Assembly: GCA_963809665.1 (NCBI GenBank)
Contig: CAWEKC010000005.1
Location: 11,878-75,877, forward strand
Source of the DNA: Candidatus Gottesmanbacteria bacterium
Lineage (GTDB): Bacteria > Patescibacteriota > Microgenomatia > UBA10105 > UBA927
Direction: 5' to 3'
Length of the DNA stretch: 64,000 bases
The notes beneath the pieces were generated by a model. The model did no database searches. It was not told the origin of the DNA and saw nothing but the letters and a program-made list of their open reading frames with translations. This document shows, piece by piece, positions 17,323-27,895 of this stretch. A program made the translations under genes and the position numbers. Each line of letters starts with the position of its first letter. Positions within the stretch are counted from its first letter, which is position 1.

Positions 17323-19458
17323 TCAGAGCACTTTATAAATGACCGTTTCGCCGGAGGTGAAGACAGGAGTCCCTAGCTCGTTGAATTTCGATTCCTGAAG
17401 ATTGGTAAATTTCTGCCGTTCCAGTGTTCCGACAAAAATATATCTCACCTGATATTTTTCCAAAACCGCTTTCGTCTCATTGATATCCGTTGATTCATAA
17501 ATCAGCTTCACTTCTTCTTTGCGCGGCGCAACGATGTCATAGGACCCGCGCCAGAGCCATTCATGGACGGACCATCCCACAATGGTCGGTATCCCAGTAA
17601 ACACGCTTACCTGGTCGTAATCGGTGTAACTGTCTCCGTCGGCTTCCACAAGCACGGGATTGTGGCCTAATTTCCCATTTTTAAGTCCTTCATTCAACCA
17701 TTGAATTCCCGCCCAATTATCCTGATACTGGGTACTGATCCATCCCGTCCCGTTAATTCCCTCATACTGTTTCAGGCTATTGAAATACGACCGTACGCTG
17801 AAAATGGGATAAATGGACACCAGGAACAGTTGCGGGGCTAATAATATAAAAAACAGCATCCGTTTTTTGTGCCGTGTCATCGTAGCGATCACATATCCGG
17901 AAATAATCGAAAACATGATAAATGCCTGATACCCCAGTTTGAACATTGTGTTGCTACGGAAATGCATGGGGTAGATATCTTTAAAATAGAAAAATTCAGG
18001 AAAAATAATAAGAAGAATTGAAAACACAAAAAATATTCCCAGCAGGAGATCCTGATGTTCCGGCAATTTATTACGTGTGATTTTTTTAATCAACGGGACG
18101 AGTAAAAATAATCCGCAGTAGATGAAAAATCCCCACAGCAACCACATCATCCACAGCGGGCTATGCTGGCACTTTTCCACTCCCTCAAACAGAACCGGCC
18201 CGAATTTCGTATCGGCAAGAGCCGCGGGCGGACAATTGACGGCAATCCCCGAAACAAACGATTTGAAATATAGTAAAAACGGCAAACTGCATATACCCGC
18301 CGTAATTATCGTAATGCCGCCCGTAATGGCCGCCTTTTCCCATGATAGCTTTTTGAAAACCGCGTTGAATACAACTAACGCTATGAGAAATAATCCCAGA
18401 TATATCGGCCCGTCCAGTGCGTTGGTCATCAGGAGCACGCTGCACAAAAATCCGTAAAAAATATAGATACCCCATTCGCTTTTTTCCTGCCTGCCGGCAG
18501 GCATATCCATAAACAACCGTATAAGAAGCGCTATGGCCAAAAGCACAAACGGGATTGACAGTACGTGCCCGTGGACGTCCGACACGACAAACGAGTAGCT
18601 CGGAAATTCATGGATCGTATACGGGATAAACCGCGTAGCATTGGCATACCAGTAACGGTTCAGGCCGTCCGGCAGGCGGGAAATGAAATTCCCGATCGGC
18701 CACAGAATTGTCCAGAACGGCACAACCTTGTCCCCATCATACCCCTGGGTAAACGCGTAAATCGTCTGCATGTTGCCCGCAAGGGTTACCAGAAATGCGG
18801 TAAAGAGTCCTCCCCCGATTTTCCCGGCAATACTCATCCCTTTTCTGACGCGTAACAGTTGCACCCCGATACCAAACGACATGGTGCAGGTGAATGCAAA
18901 AATCGCCGCCAGCATAAGATTAAACGTATACGTAAGATCGATACCGCTCATCCGTGTCAGGACCGCCATGACGGTATGCCCGAAATAATAGTAGTTAATG
19001 GTGCCTCCGGCGTACCACATATCCGGCGCCGGAAAAAATTTGCTATCAAGGATGGATTTGGTAAAACCGAAATCCATAAATTTTTCAAGATTATGGATGC
19101 TCGGCTCGTGCGCTTTTACCCAGGACCACAATAAAAGTGCGGCAAAAAAGAACAGTTCCTCCGATACCATACGGAGAGCGTTATTCCGTATATTTCCCTT
19201 TTCCCCTGAATTTTTTCTCCGGAGGATTACTCCGGCTGCAAATGTGAGTCCCATGGCGCCCCACACAGCCCCCTGAGTAAACGGGATGATGTGGAGTACT
19301 CCGGCCAAATACACGAGGAACGTCACTACCGCCATACCCACGGCTTTGGAGAAAATATACGATAACCCTAATTTTCGGGTGAGAGGATATGCCACCGCGC
19401 CGATCAAAAATAACGTTCCCCACCATTGGAAAACTATTACCACATCTGACATCGGCAT
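17323..19458 (-). CDS. DUF2298 / Chlor_Arch_YYY family polytopic membrane protein (putative GT-C-like)
   Basis: 711 aa, multi-TM, with the signature GGTINYYYFGH (YYY motif). Carries the palindromic element at 18486-18503 (MPAGRQ). Confidence 0.6.
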   Translation of the reverse strand: MPMSDVVIVFQWWGTLFLIGAVAYPLTRKLGLSYIFSKAVGMAVVTFLVYLAGVLHIIPFTQGAVWGAMGLTFAAGVILRRKNSGEKGNIRNNALRMVSEELFFFAALLLWSWVKAHEPSIHNLEKFMDFGFTKSILDSKFFPAPDMWYAGGTINYYYFGHTVMAVLTRMSGIDLTYTFNLMLAAIFAFTCTMSFGIGVQLLRVRKGMSIAGKIGGGLFTAFLVTLAGNMQTIYAFTQGYDGDKVVPFWTILWPIGNFISRLPDGLNRYWYANATRFIPYTIHEFPSYSFVVSDVHGHVLSIPFVLLAIALLIRLFMDMPAGRQEKSEWGIYIFYGFLCSVLLMTNALDGPIYLGLFLIALVVFNAVFKKLSWEKAAITGGITIITAGICSLPFLLYFKSFVSGIAVNCPPAALADTKFGPVLFEGVEKCQHSPLWMMWLLWGFFIYCGLFLLVPLIKKITRNKLPEHQDLLLGIFFVFSILLIIFPEFFYFKDIYPMHFRSNTMFKLGYQAFIMFSIISGYVIATMTRHKKRMLFFILLAPQLFLVSIYPIFSVRSYFNSLKQYEGINGTGWISTQYQDNWAGIQWLNEGLKNGKLGHNPVLVEADGDSYTDYDQVSVFTGIPTIVGWSVHEWLWRGSYDIVAPRKEEVKLIYESTDINETKAVLEKYQVRYIFVGTLERQKFTNLQESKFNELGTPVFTSGETVIYKVL
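18486..18503. repeat. palindromic element copy C (CCTGCCTGCCGGCAGGCA), in frame in the DUF2298 gene (MPAGRQ)
   Basis: 16-nt perfect palindromic core TGCCTGCCGGCAGGCA. Confidence 0.75.
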
Positions 19459-19490
19459 ATGAAGTCGATTATACGTGATACAATCTTCTC

Positions 19491-20711
19491 ATGAAAGTTG
19501 CGGTTGTCGGCGGCGGTTTCACGGGACTTGCCGCGGCATATGAACTGACAAAACATGGGGCCACGGTGACGCTGTTTGAATCTGCACCGGTAGTTGGGGG
19601 GTTGGCGCACGGATTCAAAAAGGCCGGTTGGACATGGCACCTAGAATATGCCTATCACCACTGGTTTACCGGTGACCGCGCGGCACTGGATCTGATTAAA
19701 GAATTAGGCCTCACACAGAAACTTATTATTACCCGGCCGATTACTGCTTCCCTGTATGATGGAAAGCCGTATGAATTAGATTCACCCGTGAATTTATTAA
19801 CATTTCCGGGGCTTTCACTATCCGATAAGTTCCGTACTGCGGCGCTCCTTGGATTTCTTAAAATCAATCCATTTTGGAAACCTTTGGAAAATATCTCTGC
19901 TGAACACCTTTTAACCTCAATAGGTGGTCGGCGTTCATACGCCATGCTTTGGGAACCGCTACTTGCCGGCAAGTTCGGTACCTTGGCACCAACTATCCAG
20001 GCAGCTTGGTTCTGGGCGCGGATAAAAAAGCGGACGCCGCGTTTAGTATATATGGAGGGAGGCTTCCATACGCTGATTGCTGCACTCGAAAGCACTATAA
20101 AAAAAGGGGGCGGTATAATCCGCACGAATACCACGGTTGCTTCAATGAATGACCTGTCAGGATTTGATAAAATTTTATTTACCGTACCCAGCCCGGTTGC
20201 CCAAAAAATCGTTCCTCAACTCCGGATCGATCTTATCCCCCATCTCACGGCACAAACCTTAATTCTGGAAACCGACAGCCCGGTTCTGAAAAACGTGTAT
20301 TGGCTTAATATCACGGACCGTTCGTTTCCGTTTTTAGCGGCAGTATTCCACACAAATTTTATGGAAAAAAAATATTACGGTGGTCACCACCTGACATACT
20401 TCGGCAATTATCTTCCGGCGGATCACCCCTATCTTTCCATGACCAAAGATCAATTATTGAAAAAATTCATGCCGTATATCAAACGTCTTTCACAAAATTT
20501 TCCAATAAAAATTTTAGACTCTTTTATATTTACCGGATCGTTTGCCCAGCCGGTCCACCAACTGCATTATTCATCCCATACACCAAAACTTATTACATCC
20601 ATTCCGAATGTCTATATGGCCAACATGGACAGTATCGTACCCTGGGATCGTGGGACCAATTATGCTATTGAATTAGGACAAAAGGCAGCGCAGAAAATCA
20701 TGGAAACATGA
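19491..20711 (+). CDS. FAD-dependent oxidoreductase (amine oxidase / protoporphyrinogen oxidase-like)
   Basis: N-terminal dinucleotide-binding motif VAVVGGGFTGLAAAYEL...LFE...GGL. 406 aa. Stop overlaps the next gene's start. Confidence 0.65.
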   Translation: MKVAVVGGGFTGLAAAYELTKHGATVTLFESAPVVGGLAHGFKKAGWTWHLEYAYHHWFTGDRAALDLIKELGLTQKLIITRPITASLYDGKPYELDSPVNLLTFPGLSLSDKFRTAALLGFLKINPFWKPLENISAEHLLTSIGGRRSYAMLWEPLLAGKFGTLAPTIQAAWFWARIKKRTPRLVYMEGGFHTLIAALESTIKKGGGIIRTNTTVASMNDLSGFDKILFTVPSPVAQKIVPQLRIDLIPHLTAQTLILETDSPVLKNVYWLNITDRSFPFLAAVFHTNFMEKKYYGGHHLTYFGNYLPADHPYLSMTKDQLLKKFMPYIKRLSQNFPIKILDSFIFTGSFAQPVHQLHYSSHTPKLITSIPNVYMANMDSIVPWDRGTNYAIELGQKAAQKIMET

Positions 20712-22333
20712 AAAAACTACTTATTTTTATCATAATTTTTGGAGCCATTCTGCGCTTTACCGCAATCAACTGGGATTCGTTCGGCGCGTTCCACCCGGAC
20801 GAAAGAAATATTTCCTGGGCCGTGACACGTATCCGGTTTTTCTCGCAGATGAACCCGAAATTTTTCGCGTATGGGGGGTTGCCGGTCTATCTGTACCGCG
20901 CGCTGGGCGAAGGCGTTGTAGCGGCGACACATAACGATATCTGGCTTGCAGACTGGGGGCACATTGCCGTTATCGGGCGCTCCGTTTCTGCCGTACTGTC
21001 GACCATAAGCATATTCTTAATCTACGTAGCCGGCGCCGCGTATTTCACTCCCGGAGTCGGACTTCTTGCGGCTTCACTCCTTGCGTTTTCCCCATGGGCA
21101 ATACGGGAAGCGCATTTCGAAACCACCGAAACCATGCTGGTATTTTTCCTACTGGCTATGAGTATCGTTGCGCGCCGGCTATTCCAAAAACCAAACCGCC
21201 GCAGCGTCGTACTTATCGGGTTAGTGTGGGGCCTCGCTATGGCGGCCAAAACTACGAGCATACTGTTCGGCCTTATACCAACCGCAGCCATCTGGTTTCC
21301 GCATCACATCTTTAAAAATATTCCTAAAAAAATCCTGTACACGTTCATGTTGGGCTGTACATCTGTTTTTATTTTCTTCCTTTTCTCTCCGTATACGCTC
21401 CTGGACTTCACACATTTCCGCGAGTCCATGACGTATGAATCCGGAGTGGCCCTGGGGCGTTTTTCGGTTGTCTATACACTTCAGTTTCTGAATACCACTC
21501 CGTATCTTTTCCAACTGCAAACAATGCTCTGGCAGGCGGGGCCGTTAGGTATCATCGGAATGTTCGGTCTTATCGGACTGGTAATCATAGTGTTCAGGAA
21601 AAAATTTTATCTTGTGCCGTTGTTACTATTCCCCGTTCTCTATTTTAGTTGGGTCGGTTCGTGGTATGCAAAATTCAACCGCTACAACGTGCCGTTCTTA
21701 CCGTTTGTCACCATTGCGGCGGCATGGTTTTGTGTTGTCATCAGTAAACGTTTTCGTATAGCCGGCACAGCGTTAACTCTGCTTGTACTTTCCGCAACCA
21801 TCTTGTGGGGACTGGCTAATTGGACTGTATACCTGCGGCCCCAAACGCGTTTGACTGCATCCGAATGGATGTTTACCCATATTCCCTCAGGTGCCACGAT
21901 CTACACGGAACACTGGAATGACGGACTGCCGATCGACCTGCCTGCGCAGGCAGGCCTGCCGGATGCAGTTAGGTATAACCGCGAACTACTTACAGTATAC
22001 GACGAAGACAATGCAGCCAAAAAAAACTACTATGCCGATAAGCTTGTCACCGGAGATTTCATCGTCCTATCGACCCGGCGTATGTGGGCTACGATGCCGC
22101 GGCTTGGTGAAAAATATCCGCTGACAAAATTATTTTACCAACGGTTATTAGACGGATCTTTAGGATACAAAGAGGTCGGCCGCTTTACGTCCTATCCGCA
22201 ACTATTCGGCGTCTCTGTCAATGATGACGGCGCGGAAGAATCCATCCAGGTCTTTGATCATCCCACGGTCTTAATTTTCCAAAACGTAGCGCACTATTCC
22301 AATGGGGAATATCTCACATTGTTGACGCCATAA
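20708..22333 (+). CDS. GT-C family 39 / ArnT-like glycosyltransferase
   Basis: 541-aa multi-TM protein with an N-terminal FHPDERN DE-motif loop and a soluble C-terminal domain. Carries the palindromic element at 21937-21954 (LPAQAG). Confidence 0.7.
   Translation: MKKLLIFIIIFGAILRFTAINWDSFGAFHPDERNISWAVTRIRFFSQMNPKFFAYGGLPVYLYRALGEGVVAATHNDIWLADWGHIAVIGRSVSAVLSTISIFLIYVAGAAYFTPGVGLLAASLLAFSPWAIREAHFETTETMLVFFLLAMSIVARRLFQKPNRRSVVLIGLVWGLAMAAKTTSILFGLIPTAAIWFPHHIFKNIPKKILYTFMLGCTSVFIFFLFSPYTLLDFTHFRESMTYESGVALGRFSVVYTLQFLNTTPYLFQLQTMLWQAGPLGIIGMFGLIGLVIIVFRKKFYLVPLLLFPVLYFSWVGSWYAKFNRYNVPFLPFVTIAAAWFCVVISKRFRIAGTALTLLVLSATILWGLANWTVYLRPQTRLTASEWMFTHIPSGATIYTEHWNDGLPIDLPAQAGLPDAVRYNRELLTVYDEDNAAKKNYYADKLVTGDFIVLSTRRMWATMPRLGEKYPLTKLFYQRLLDGSLGYKEVGRFTSYPQLFGVSVNDDGAEESIQVFDHPTVLIFQNVAHYSNGEYLTLLTP
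21937..21954. repeat. palindromic element copy D (CCTGCCTGCGCAGGCAGG), in frame in the GT39-like gene (LPAQAG)
   Basis: 18-nt perfect palindrome, followed by a third partial half-site CCTGCC. Confidence 0.8.
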
Positions 22334-22790
22334 CAAAATCGCGCATTATTCTATTCTCTAAGGGAGATTGACAGCCTGCCCAACTATCAATCCCCCATTA
22401 TAAAACAGAACTCTGCGCGACTTTTTTGAAATAACTTTTCTTGCTCAGTAATTTACCTTTAGCACGACTCGCCGCGATTGTATATCGAGAATTCCATATT
22501 GTCAACGGGATAACGCGCGGAGAACATAATAAAAAATACCATACAGCAAAACACGTAAAAAATTATTGTTTTTTTGGAGAAAATCCTGAAGGTTTTGGAG
22601 AACTGGAAACTTCCCGATCAAACGGGCTAAATAAAATATTCAGCTTCACTTTTTTATTTGACAACGCAGAAATGCGTTGATATCGTGATCAAATAGATAT
22701 TGTTCTTTTGCCCAAAAAACAATATCAACACTAAAAGGCATTACTACTCGTAGGCCATCCAAAGTCTAGCGGTAGTGATGCTTTTTTTCC

Positions 22791-22808
22791 GCTGCCTGCG
22801 CAGGCAGG
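22791..22808. repeat. palindromic element copy E (GCTGCCTGCGCAGGCAGG), intergenic
   Basis: 16-nt perfect core preceded by a T-run on the + strand. Lies just 3' of the small minus-strand ORF. Confidence 0.75.
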
Positions 22809-22970
22809 TTAGAGCGTAAACACCGGAATACTTAACCCTTTATCTTTCAGCTTCTGGAACTGTTCCTTTACTTCTGCCTCAAACCGTTCCCTCTCGCGGG
22901 TCATCGGCGATTTACGTTCCGTTTTAACGCCAAAACGGCCGCCCAACCCTAAACGCATTAAAAGTAGTTT
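22809..22970 (-). CDS. small hypothetical protein (~53 aa)
   Basis: MKLLLMRLGLGGRFGVKTERKSPMTRERERFEAEVKEQFQKLKDKGLSIPVFTL. A TTGACA-like hexamer and a GGATG spacing lie upstream. Palindrome copy E lies immediately 3' of the stop. The track ORF is longer (to 23021). Confidence 0.25.
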   Translation of the reverse strand, partial: KLLLMRLGLGGRFGVKTERKSPMTRERERFEAEVKEQFQKLKDKGLSIPVFTL

Positions 22971-23190
22971 CATGTTCATACATCCATTCAAACACGACTG
23001 CAATCTCTTGTCAAGTCCCATAGGTTTTTTATATACGGAAATTGTGATGACTTATAGTTAAATATATATTAATTAGAAGGTATTAACGGTCTATAATTAT
23101 TTAGGAAAATAATTGTGGATAACTTGGGGAAACAGAAAACTTGCGGATTGGTTATTTTACCTATAATGTAGTAGTAGGCAACTTAGGATC

Positions 23191-24465
23191 ATGAAACATA
23201 AAATAATAGCATTTATTTTATTCTGGACGGCAATAATCTTTTTCGGACTATTTCCCCTTCCCCGCCCGACGTATGCAGACTATCAGGAACTTGGAAAAAA
23301 AGAGTTGTTGGGTCCGATTGGTCAAAATAGTTCCCAATATTCACCATGGATCATGCACGGACAGGGATGGGGCAGCTACGTGATGTATTACTGTAAAAAT
23401 TCGCCGATTAACAATGTCTGGCGCGACCGGGTATATCGGATTGAAAACTTTAATGACGGCATATCAGGAAGCTGGATCGGCGACCAACCGGTAATCGAGG
23501 GTTCTGACGGCCAAAATGATGATTTGTCCTGTTCCCCCGGGGTTCTTATAGACAATCAAAATACGTGGCATATGTATTACGTCACGGCAAACAGGAACAC
23601 CGGTTGTGATGTGTACCTATACCACGCAACAGCAACCGCCCCGGGAACAAATTGGGTGAAACAAGGTGTTATCAATATCGATGGGAAACCGATGTCCGCT
23701 GTTCCAAACTGTAATCTTGAAACACCAAGTCCGTATTTTATTAACGGTACATATGTACTTTATTATGCAGGCGCCCCCGGTAAAATAGTTCGTCTTGAAA
23801 GTACTGACGGATATAATTTTACCAATCAGACAACCATAAGTCTTCGCGAACCGTTGGGAGGATCCGGCAGGGTAATAATCGTTAACGGACAGTATTACTA
23901 TACGTACAACAGGAATCCTACAAGCGGATACTTACCCTCCACACAAATACTTATAACACAATCGTCGGACGGGATACATTTCTCTCCATCTGAATTACTT
24001 ATGGCTTCGTCAGGATCAGGTTGGGATGGTGACAGGATGTGGAGCCCTTTTCCGATGTTTGTTAATAATGAATTACGGGTGTATTACGCCGGCAATATCG
24101 GTAATTATGGGTGGTTTGGTGCAAATACGTCAATTGGCGTCCGTTGGTTCAGTATGCCAACTATGACTACGCCTACGCCAACGAAAACACCCACGCCGAC
24201 GCCAACCAGAACCCCGACACCTACCCCGACACGCACTCCTACATTGACTCCCACGGCAACAATCAGATTAACCCCGACTCCTACTCCTGCTTCCATACCC
24301 GGTGATCTCAATGGTGATCATACGGTCAATATTTTTGACTACAACATACTGATCGGCGATTTCGGGAAAACCGGTTCACCGGGCTGGATTCCGGCTGATA
24401 TCAATAAAGACGGAAAAGTAGATATTTTCGATTATAATGCGCTGGTAGGTAATTTTGGAAAATAA
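23191..24465 (+). CDS. secreted beta-propeller (glycoside-hydrolase-like) protein with Pro/Thr linker and C-terminal type-I dockerin
   Basis: N-terminal signal peptide. Repeated WHMYY/YVLYYAG/YYYTYN blade-like motifs. Linker [25 protein letters not shown]. Two dockerin repeats [21 protein letters not shown] and [21 protein letters not shown]. Confidence 0.7.
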   Translation: MKHKIIAFILFWTAIIFFGLFPLPRPTYADYQELGKKELLGPIGQNSSQYSPWIMHGQGWGSYVMYYCKNSPINNVWRDRVYRIENFNDGISGSWIGDQPVIEGSDGQNDDLSCSPGVLIDNQNTWHMYYVTANRNTGCDVYLYHATATAPGTNWVKQGVINIDGKPMSAVPNCNLETPSPYFINGTYVLYYAGAPGKIVRLESTDGYNFTNQTTISLREPLGGSGRVIIVNGQYYYTYNRNPTSGYLPSTQILITQSSDGIHFSPSELLMASSGSGWDGDRMWSPFPMFVNNELRVYYAGNIGNYGWFGANTSIGVRWFSMPTMTTPTPTKTPTPTPTRTPTPTPTRTPTLTPTATIRLTPTPTPASIPGDLNGDHTVNIFDYNILIGDFGKTGSPGWIPADINKDGKVDIFDYNALVGNFGK

Positions 24466-24494
24466 TTTACTGTATATGGAACGCATGTTGCGAT

Positions 24495-25682
24495 GTGAAT
24501 ATGCCGAAACGTAAATCAATACAGAGTATCTCCGATACTGATCATCCGGTTGAACCCATCGACCAAATGAATACGTCACCGGTACGGTATTCAAAAATAC
24601 ATATATTGCCTCTCATACCCATTCTATTCCTGCTTGTCGTATTAGTGGGAGTGGTAATACTGTCGCAGAAAAGAACGCAGGACCTGCGCAGCCGTGCTAC
24701 TTTAATCGGCCCTAAGCTTTCTCTCTCACCCGCTACGAAAACCGCGGCAGTAGGGGAAACATTTTATCTGGCAAGCACACTGGATACCGATACGGATAAG
24801 GTGTCCGCGGCCGAACTGCATCTTTCATACGATCCGACCGCCGTACAAATACTCGGGTTTGCCCCCGGCAGCGTTTTGCCGGTCGTCCTGATGCAGGAAT
24901 CACACAACAACGGCGCCATATCCGTCACCCTTGGAGCACAGCCGTCAAACCCGTATAAAGGTGTCGGTATTTTGGGAACGTGGAATATAAAAATTCTTGC
25001 TGCAAAACAATCATCAGTCAGTTACACCAATTCCACCCAGGTTGCAGCCATAGGAAAACCGACAAATGCGCTCGTTTCAATGACGGGCAGCTCAATCACC
25101 GGGGGCTCAGGCAGCACGCCAACTCTTACTCCCACACCGACAAAAACACCGACACCGACGCCCACCCGTACCCCCACGCCGACCCGTACGCCGACACCGA
25201 CAGTAACACCAACTCCCGGCGCAATGGCAACTCCCACGCCGACCCGTACGCCGACGCCGACAGTAACACCAACTCCCGGCACAACGGCAACTCCCACGCC
25301 GACCCGTACGCCGACGCCGACCCATACACCTGCCCCGACTCCCACACCAACCAATACACCTACACCCACGCCCACGCCTTCTCAGGGCACACCAACGGCA
25401 ACACCAACTCCCACACGCACGCCGACACCAACCGCAACCGCGACACCGAAGCCGCCGTTTAATCCGTTTCGCTTCTTATACCCAACCTCAACGCCTACAC
25501 CGACGCCAAAAAAGACATCATCTACAGGATTTGGACAATTCAACACAGAGACTCAATATTCCGTTACATCAGTAACGCCGTCTCCCACAGAGGCACCAAT
25601 ACAACAAGCACCTGCTCCGACATTTATTGAACAGATTATTAACACAATCGTTTTATTCTTCAAAAATCTTTTCGGAAAATAA
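24495..25682 (+). CDS. membrane-anchored cohesin-domain protein with long Pro/Thr-rich linker
   Basis: N-terminal TM helix. ~120-aa region with cohesin-like beta-sandwich pattern ([44 protein letters not shown]...[10 protein letters not shown]). ~130 aa of (T/P)n repeats. Confidence 0.55.
   Translation: MNMPKRKSIQSISDTDHPVEPIDQMNTSPVRYSKIHILPLIPILFLLVVLVGVVILSQKRTQDLRSRATLIGPKLSLSPATKTAAVGETFYLASTLDTDTDKVSAAELHLSYDPTAVQILGFAPGSVLPVVLMQESHNNGAISVTLGAQPSNPYKGVGILGTWNIKILAAKQSSVSYTNSTQVAAIGKPTNALVSMTGSSITGGSGSTPTLTPTPTKTPTPTPTRTPTPTRTPTPTVTPTPGAMATPTPTRTPTPTVTPTPGTTATPTPTRTPTPTHTPAPTPTPTNTPTPTPTPSQGTPTATPTPTRTPTPTATATPKPPFNPFRFLYPTSTPTPTPKKTSSTGFGQFNTETQYSVTSVTPSPTEAPIQQAPAPTFIEQIINTIVLFFKNLFGK
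25140..25330 (+). repeat. tandem ~60-nt coding repeats (Pro/Thr linker)
   Basis: ACTCCCACGCCGACCCGTACGCCGAC(A/G)CCGACAGTAACACCAACTCCCGGC repeated about 2.5 times. Encodes [17 protein letters not shown] units. Confidence 0.6.
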
Positions 25683-25694
25683 CGCCAGGAAGAA

Positions 25695-26516
25695 TTATTT
25701 TATTCTCGCAAAAAACAGCTGTCCTGCCGCGGTCTGATGGATCTTGGTGACGATCACAAGGATGTCCTGCCCTATCCTGTCACGGGCGTTGTCTACGACG
25801 ACCATGGTGCCGTCTGCCAGATACCCTACGCCCTGGGCCCGTTCCTTCCCTTCATGAGTAACACGCACGGTAAATTCTTCGCCGGGCATGAGTGATACTT
25901 TAAGCGCCTGGGCGATATCATTAATATTGAGGACCTTAACACCCTGTATACGCGCCACATGTGCGAGGTTAAAATCAACCGTCAGGAGTCTTACTTTCTG
26001 GTTTGACCAACGTTTTGCAAGTGCCACAAGCTTCGCATCCACTTCTTTCACATCCGCAGGATCTGCGGATACAACTTTGACGCTGAGAAGTTTATTTACT
26101 TTCTGTCCTTTGAGTTTGTTGACGATATCTAAGCCCCTCCTCCCTTTGGCGCGCCGAAGGGAATCATCCGAATCGGCAATGTGCTGAAGCTCCCCTAAAA
26201 TAAACTGCGGAATTATGAGCGTACCGGTAATAAAACCGCTGTTGGCGATCGGCAGGATTCTGCCGTCAATAAGAACGCTGGTATCGACCAAAATAGGATA
26301 CTCGCCCAATACATCATCTTTTCCGTTCGTCTTGGGTCGGCGGATAAACGGGCGCGCAGTAAACCGGCCGATATTCGTAAGATTTTTGACGATCTCCGCG
26401 GCGAGGGCCCGCGTAAACTCCGCCGGGGGTTTTGCCACGATAGGTACCTGCGTAACCGGTTTTTTTGCCTTGGTCAATAAATTCTTTTTATTATTCACCG
26501 TTAGGGATTGTACCAC
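25695..26516 (-). CDS. PIN/TRAM domain protein (YacL-like)
   Basis: PIN domain (ILVDTSVLIDGRI) plus C-terminal TRAM-like beta-barrel. Immediately downstream of radA, as in Firmicutes radA-(disA)-yacL synteny. Confidence 0.7.
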   Translation of the reverse strand: MVQSLTVNNKKNLLTKAKKPVTQVPIVAKPPAEFTRALAAEIVKNLTNIGRFTARPFIRRPKTNGKDDVLGEYPILVDTSVLIDGRILPIANSGFITGTLIIPQFILGELQHIADSDDSLRRAKGRRGLDIVNKLKGQKVNKLLSVKVVSADPADVKEVDAKLVALAKRWSNQKVRLLTVDFNLAHVARIQGVKVLNINDIAQALKVSLMPGEEFTVRVTHEGKERAQGVGYLADGTMVVVDNARDRIGQDILVIVTKIHQTAAGQLFFARIK

Positions 26517-26547
26517 AAAAAAACTGGGGGGTAGCTGAGAATAACCG

Positions 26548-27837
26548 TCAACCGATAGCCAGACCTGCCTGTTTTACGTTATGAACCGTTTTCGGGGAAA
26601 TGATTGTCGTAAATCCGAGACGCTTGGCTTCCTTCGTCCGCCGCTCGTCCGAACCGATTGAACGTACCTCTCCTAAGAGCCCTACCTCGCCGAACACCGC
26701 GGTTTTAGGGTCCAGCGGTTTATTTTTAAACGAAGAAAGAATAGACAATGCAACCGCAAGATCCGCGGCCGGTTCCGTAATCTTCATGCCCCCGCTCACA
26801 TTGACGAATACATCAAAATTTCCCAACGGAATAGTAAGGCGCTTCTGCAAGATGGCAACAAGCAGCTGCAACCGGTTGTAATCTATCCCGTTTGCAATTC
26901 GTCGCGGCATTGCCAACTGGCTGGGCACCACCAGCGCCTGGATTTCCACTAACATCGGCCGGGTTCCCTCCATCACGACGGTGACAATACTGCCGGGAAC
27001 ATTTTTTACCCTATCCTGCAAAAATAGAGCGGAAGGATTTGCTATCTCCTTCAGGCCTTTCTCGTCCATTTCAAATATTCCCACTTCTTCGATTGCCCCG
27101 AACCGATTTTTGTAGGTACGCAAAATTCTGGCATTGGCAAACCGTTCCCCTTCCAGATATAAAACCGTGTCCACCATATGTTCCAATACTTTCGGCCCTG
27201 CGATTGTCCCCTCTTTCGTAACGTGTCCTATGATGATAATGGAAATACTTTTACGTTTGGCAACGCCCACCAGTAACTCGGCGCAATGCCGGATCTGCCC
27301 CACCGACCCCGCCATTCCGTCCAAATCCCCCGACGATAATGTCTGGATGGAATCCACAACCACCAGTCTTCCCTCAAGACTATCAACGATATGTTCGACT
27401 GACGTCTCTGCCAATACACTGATATTCCCGCCTTCAACACCGAGCCGTTTCGCGCGTAGTTTAATCTGTTCCGCCGATTCCTCACCGGATACGTATAGTC
27501 CTCCGGTTTTGGCAATGACATGAAGCAGCAAGGTTGACTTCCCGATCCCCGGGTCGCCGGCCAGCAGTGTTACCGATCCCGGTACAATCCCCCCGCCCAT
27601 CACGCGGTCAAACTCCGCAAACCCGCTTTTGAGGCGGTTTTTTTCAATATGTTTTACGTCTGAAAGCCTCTGAGGTTGAGAGGTAGAAATATTTTTCAAA
27701 AATTTATTTTGTGTTTTTTCTTCTTCCTTAACCGTCTCAACCAGAGAATTCCATTCACCGCAGTTCGGACACTTCCCGTACCAGCTGGGGCTCTCAAACG
27801 CGCACTGCTGGCAAACGTAGGATGTCCGGAGTTTCAT
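26548..27837 (-). CDS. radA: DNA repair protein RadA/Sms
   Basis: N-terminal C4 zinc finger (CQQCAFESPSWYGKCPNCGEW), RecA-like Walker A GDPGIGKST, KNRFG motif, Lon-like C-terminal domain. Confidence 0.9.
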   Translation of the reverse strand: MKLRTSYVCQQCAFESPSWYGKCPNCGEWNSLVETVKEEEKTQNKFLKNISTSQPQRLSDVKHIEKNRLKSGFAEFDRVMGGGIVPGSVTLLAGDPGIGKSTLLLHVIAKTGGLYVSGEESAEQIKLRAKRLGVEGGNISVLAETSVEHIVDSLEGRLVVVDSIQTLSSGDLDGMAGSVGQIRHCAELLVGVAKRKSISIIIIGHVTKEGTIAGPKVLEHMVDTVLYLEGERFANARILRTYKNRFGAIEEVGIFEMDEKGLKEIANPSALFLQDRVKNVPGSIVTVVMEGTRPMLVEIQALVVPSQLAMPRRIANGIDYNRLQLLVAILQKRLTIPLGNFDVFVNVSGGMKITEPAADLAVALSILSSFKNKPLDPKTAVFGEVGLLGEVRSIGSDERRTKEAKRLGFTTIISPKTVHNVKQAGLAIG

Positions 27838-27895
27838 TGTGGGGATATTCTACAGCATATCGACAATACGCGATAGACGGTATTGACTTAAATAT

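Noticed and set aside
24105-25462. Possible CRISPR-like periodic repeats, and antisense VGVGV ORFs (24105..24311-, 25022..25375-, 25107..25325-, 24980..25462+)
   Set aside because: The periodicity is the ACNCCNACNCCGAC codon repeat of Pro/Thr linkers inside genuine coding sequence. There are no spacer-like unique segments and no cas genes. The antisense ORFs are artefacts of low-complexity sequence.
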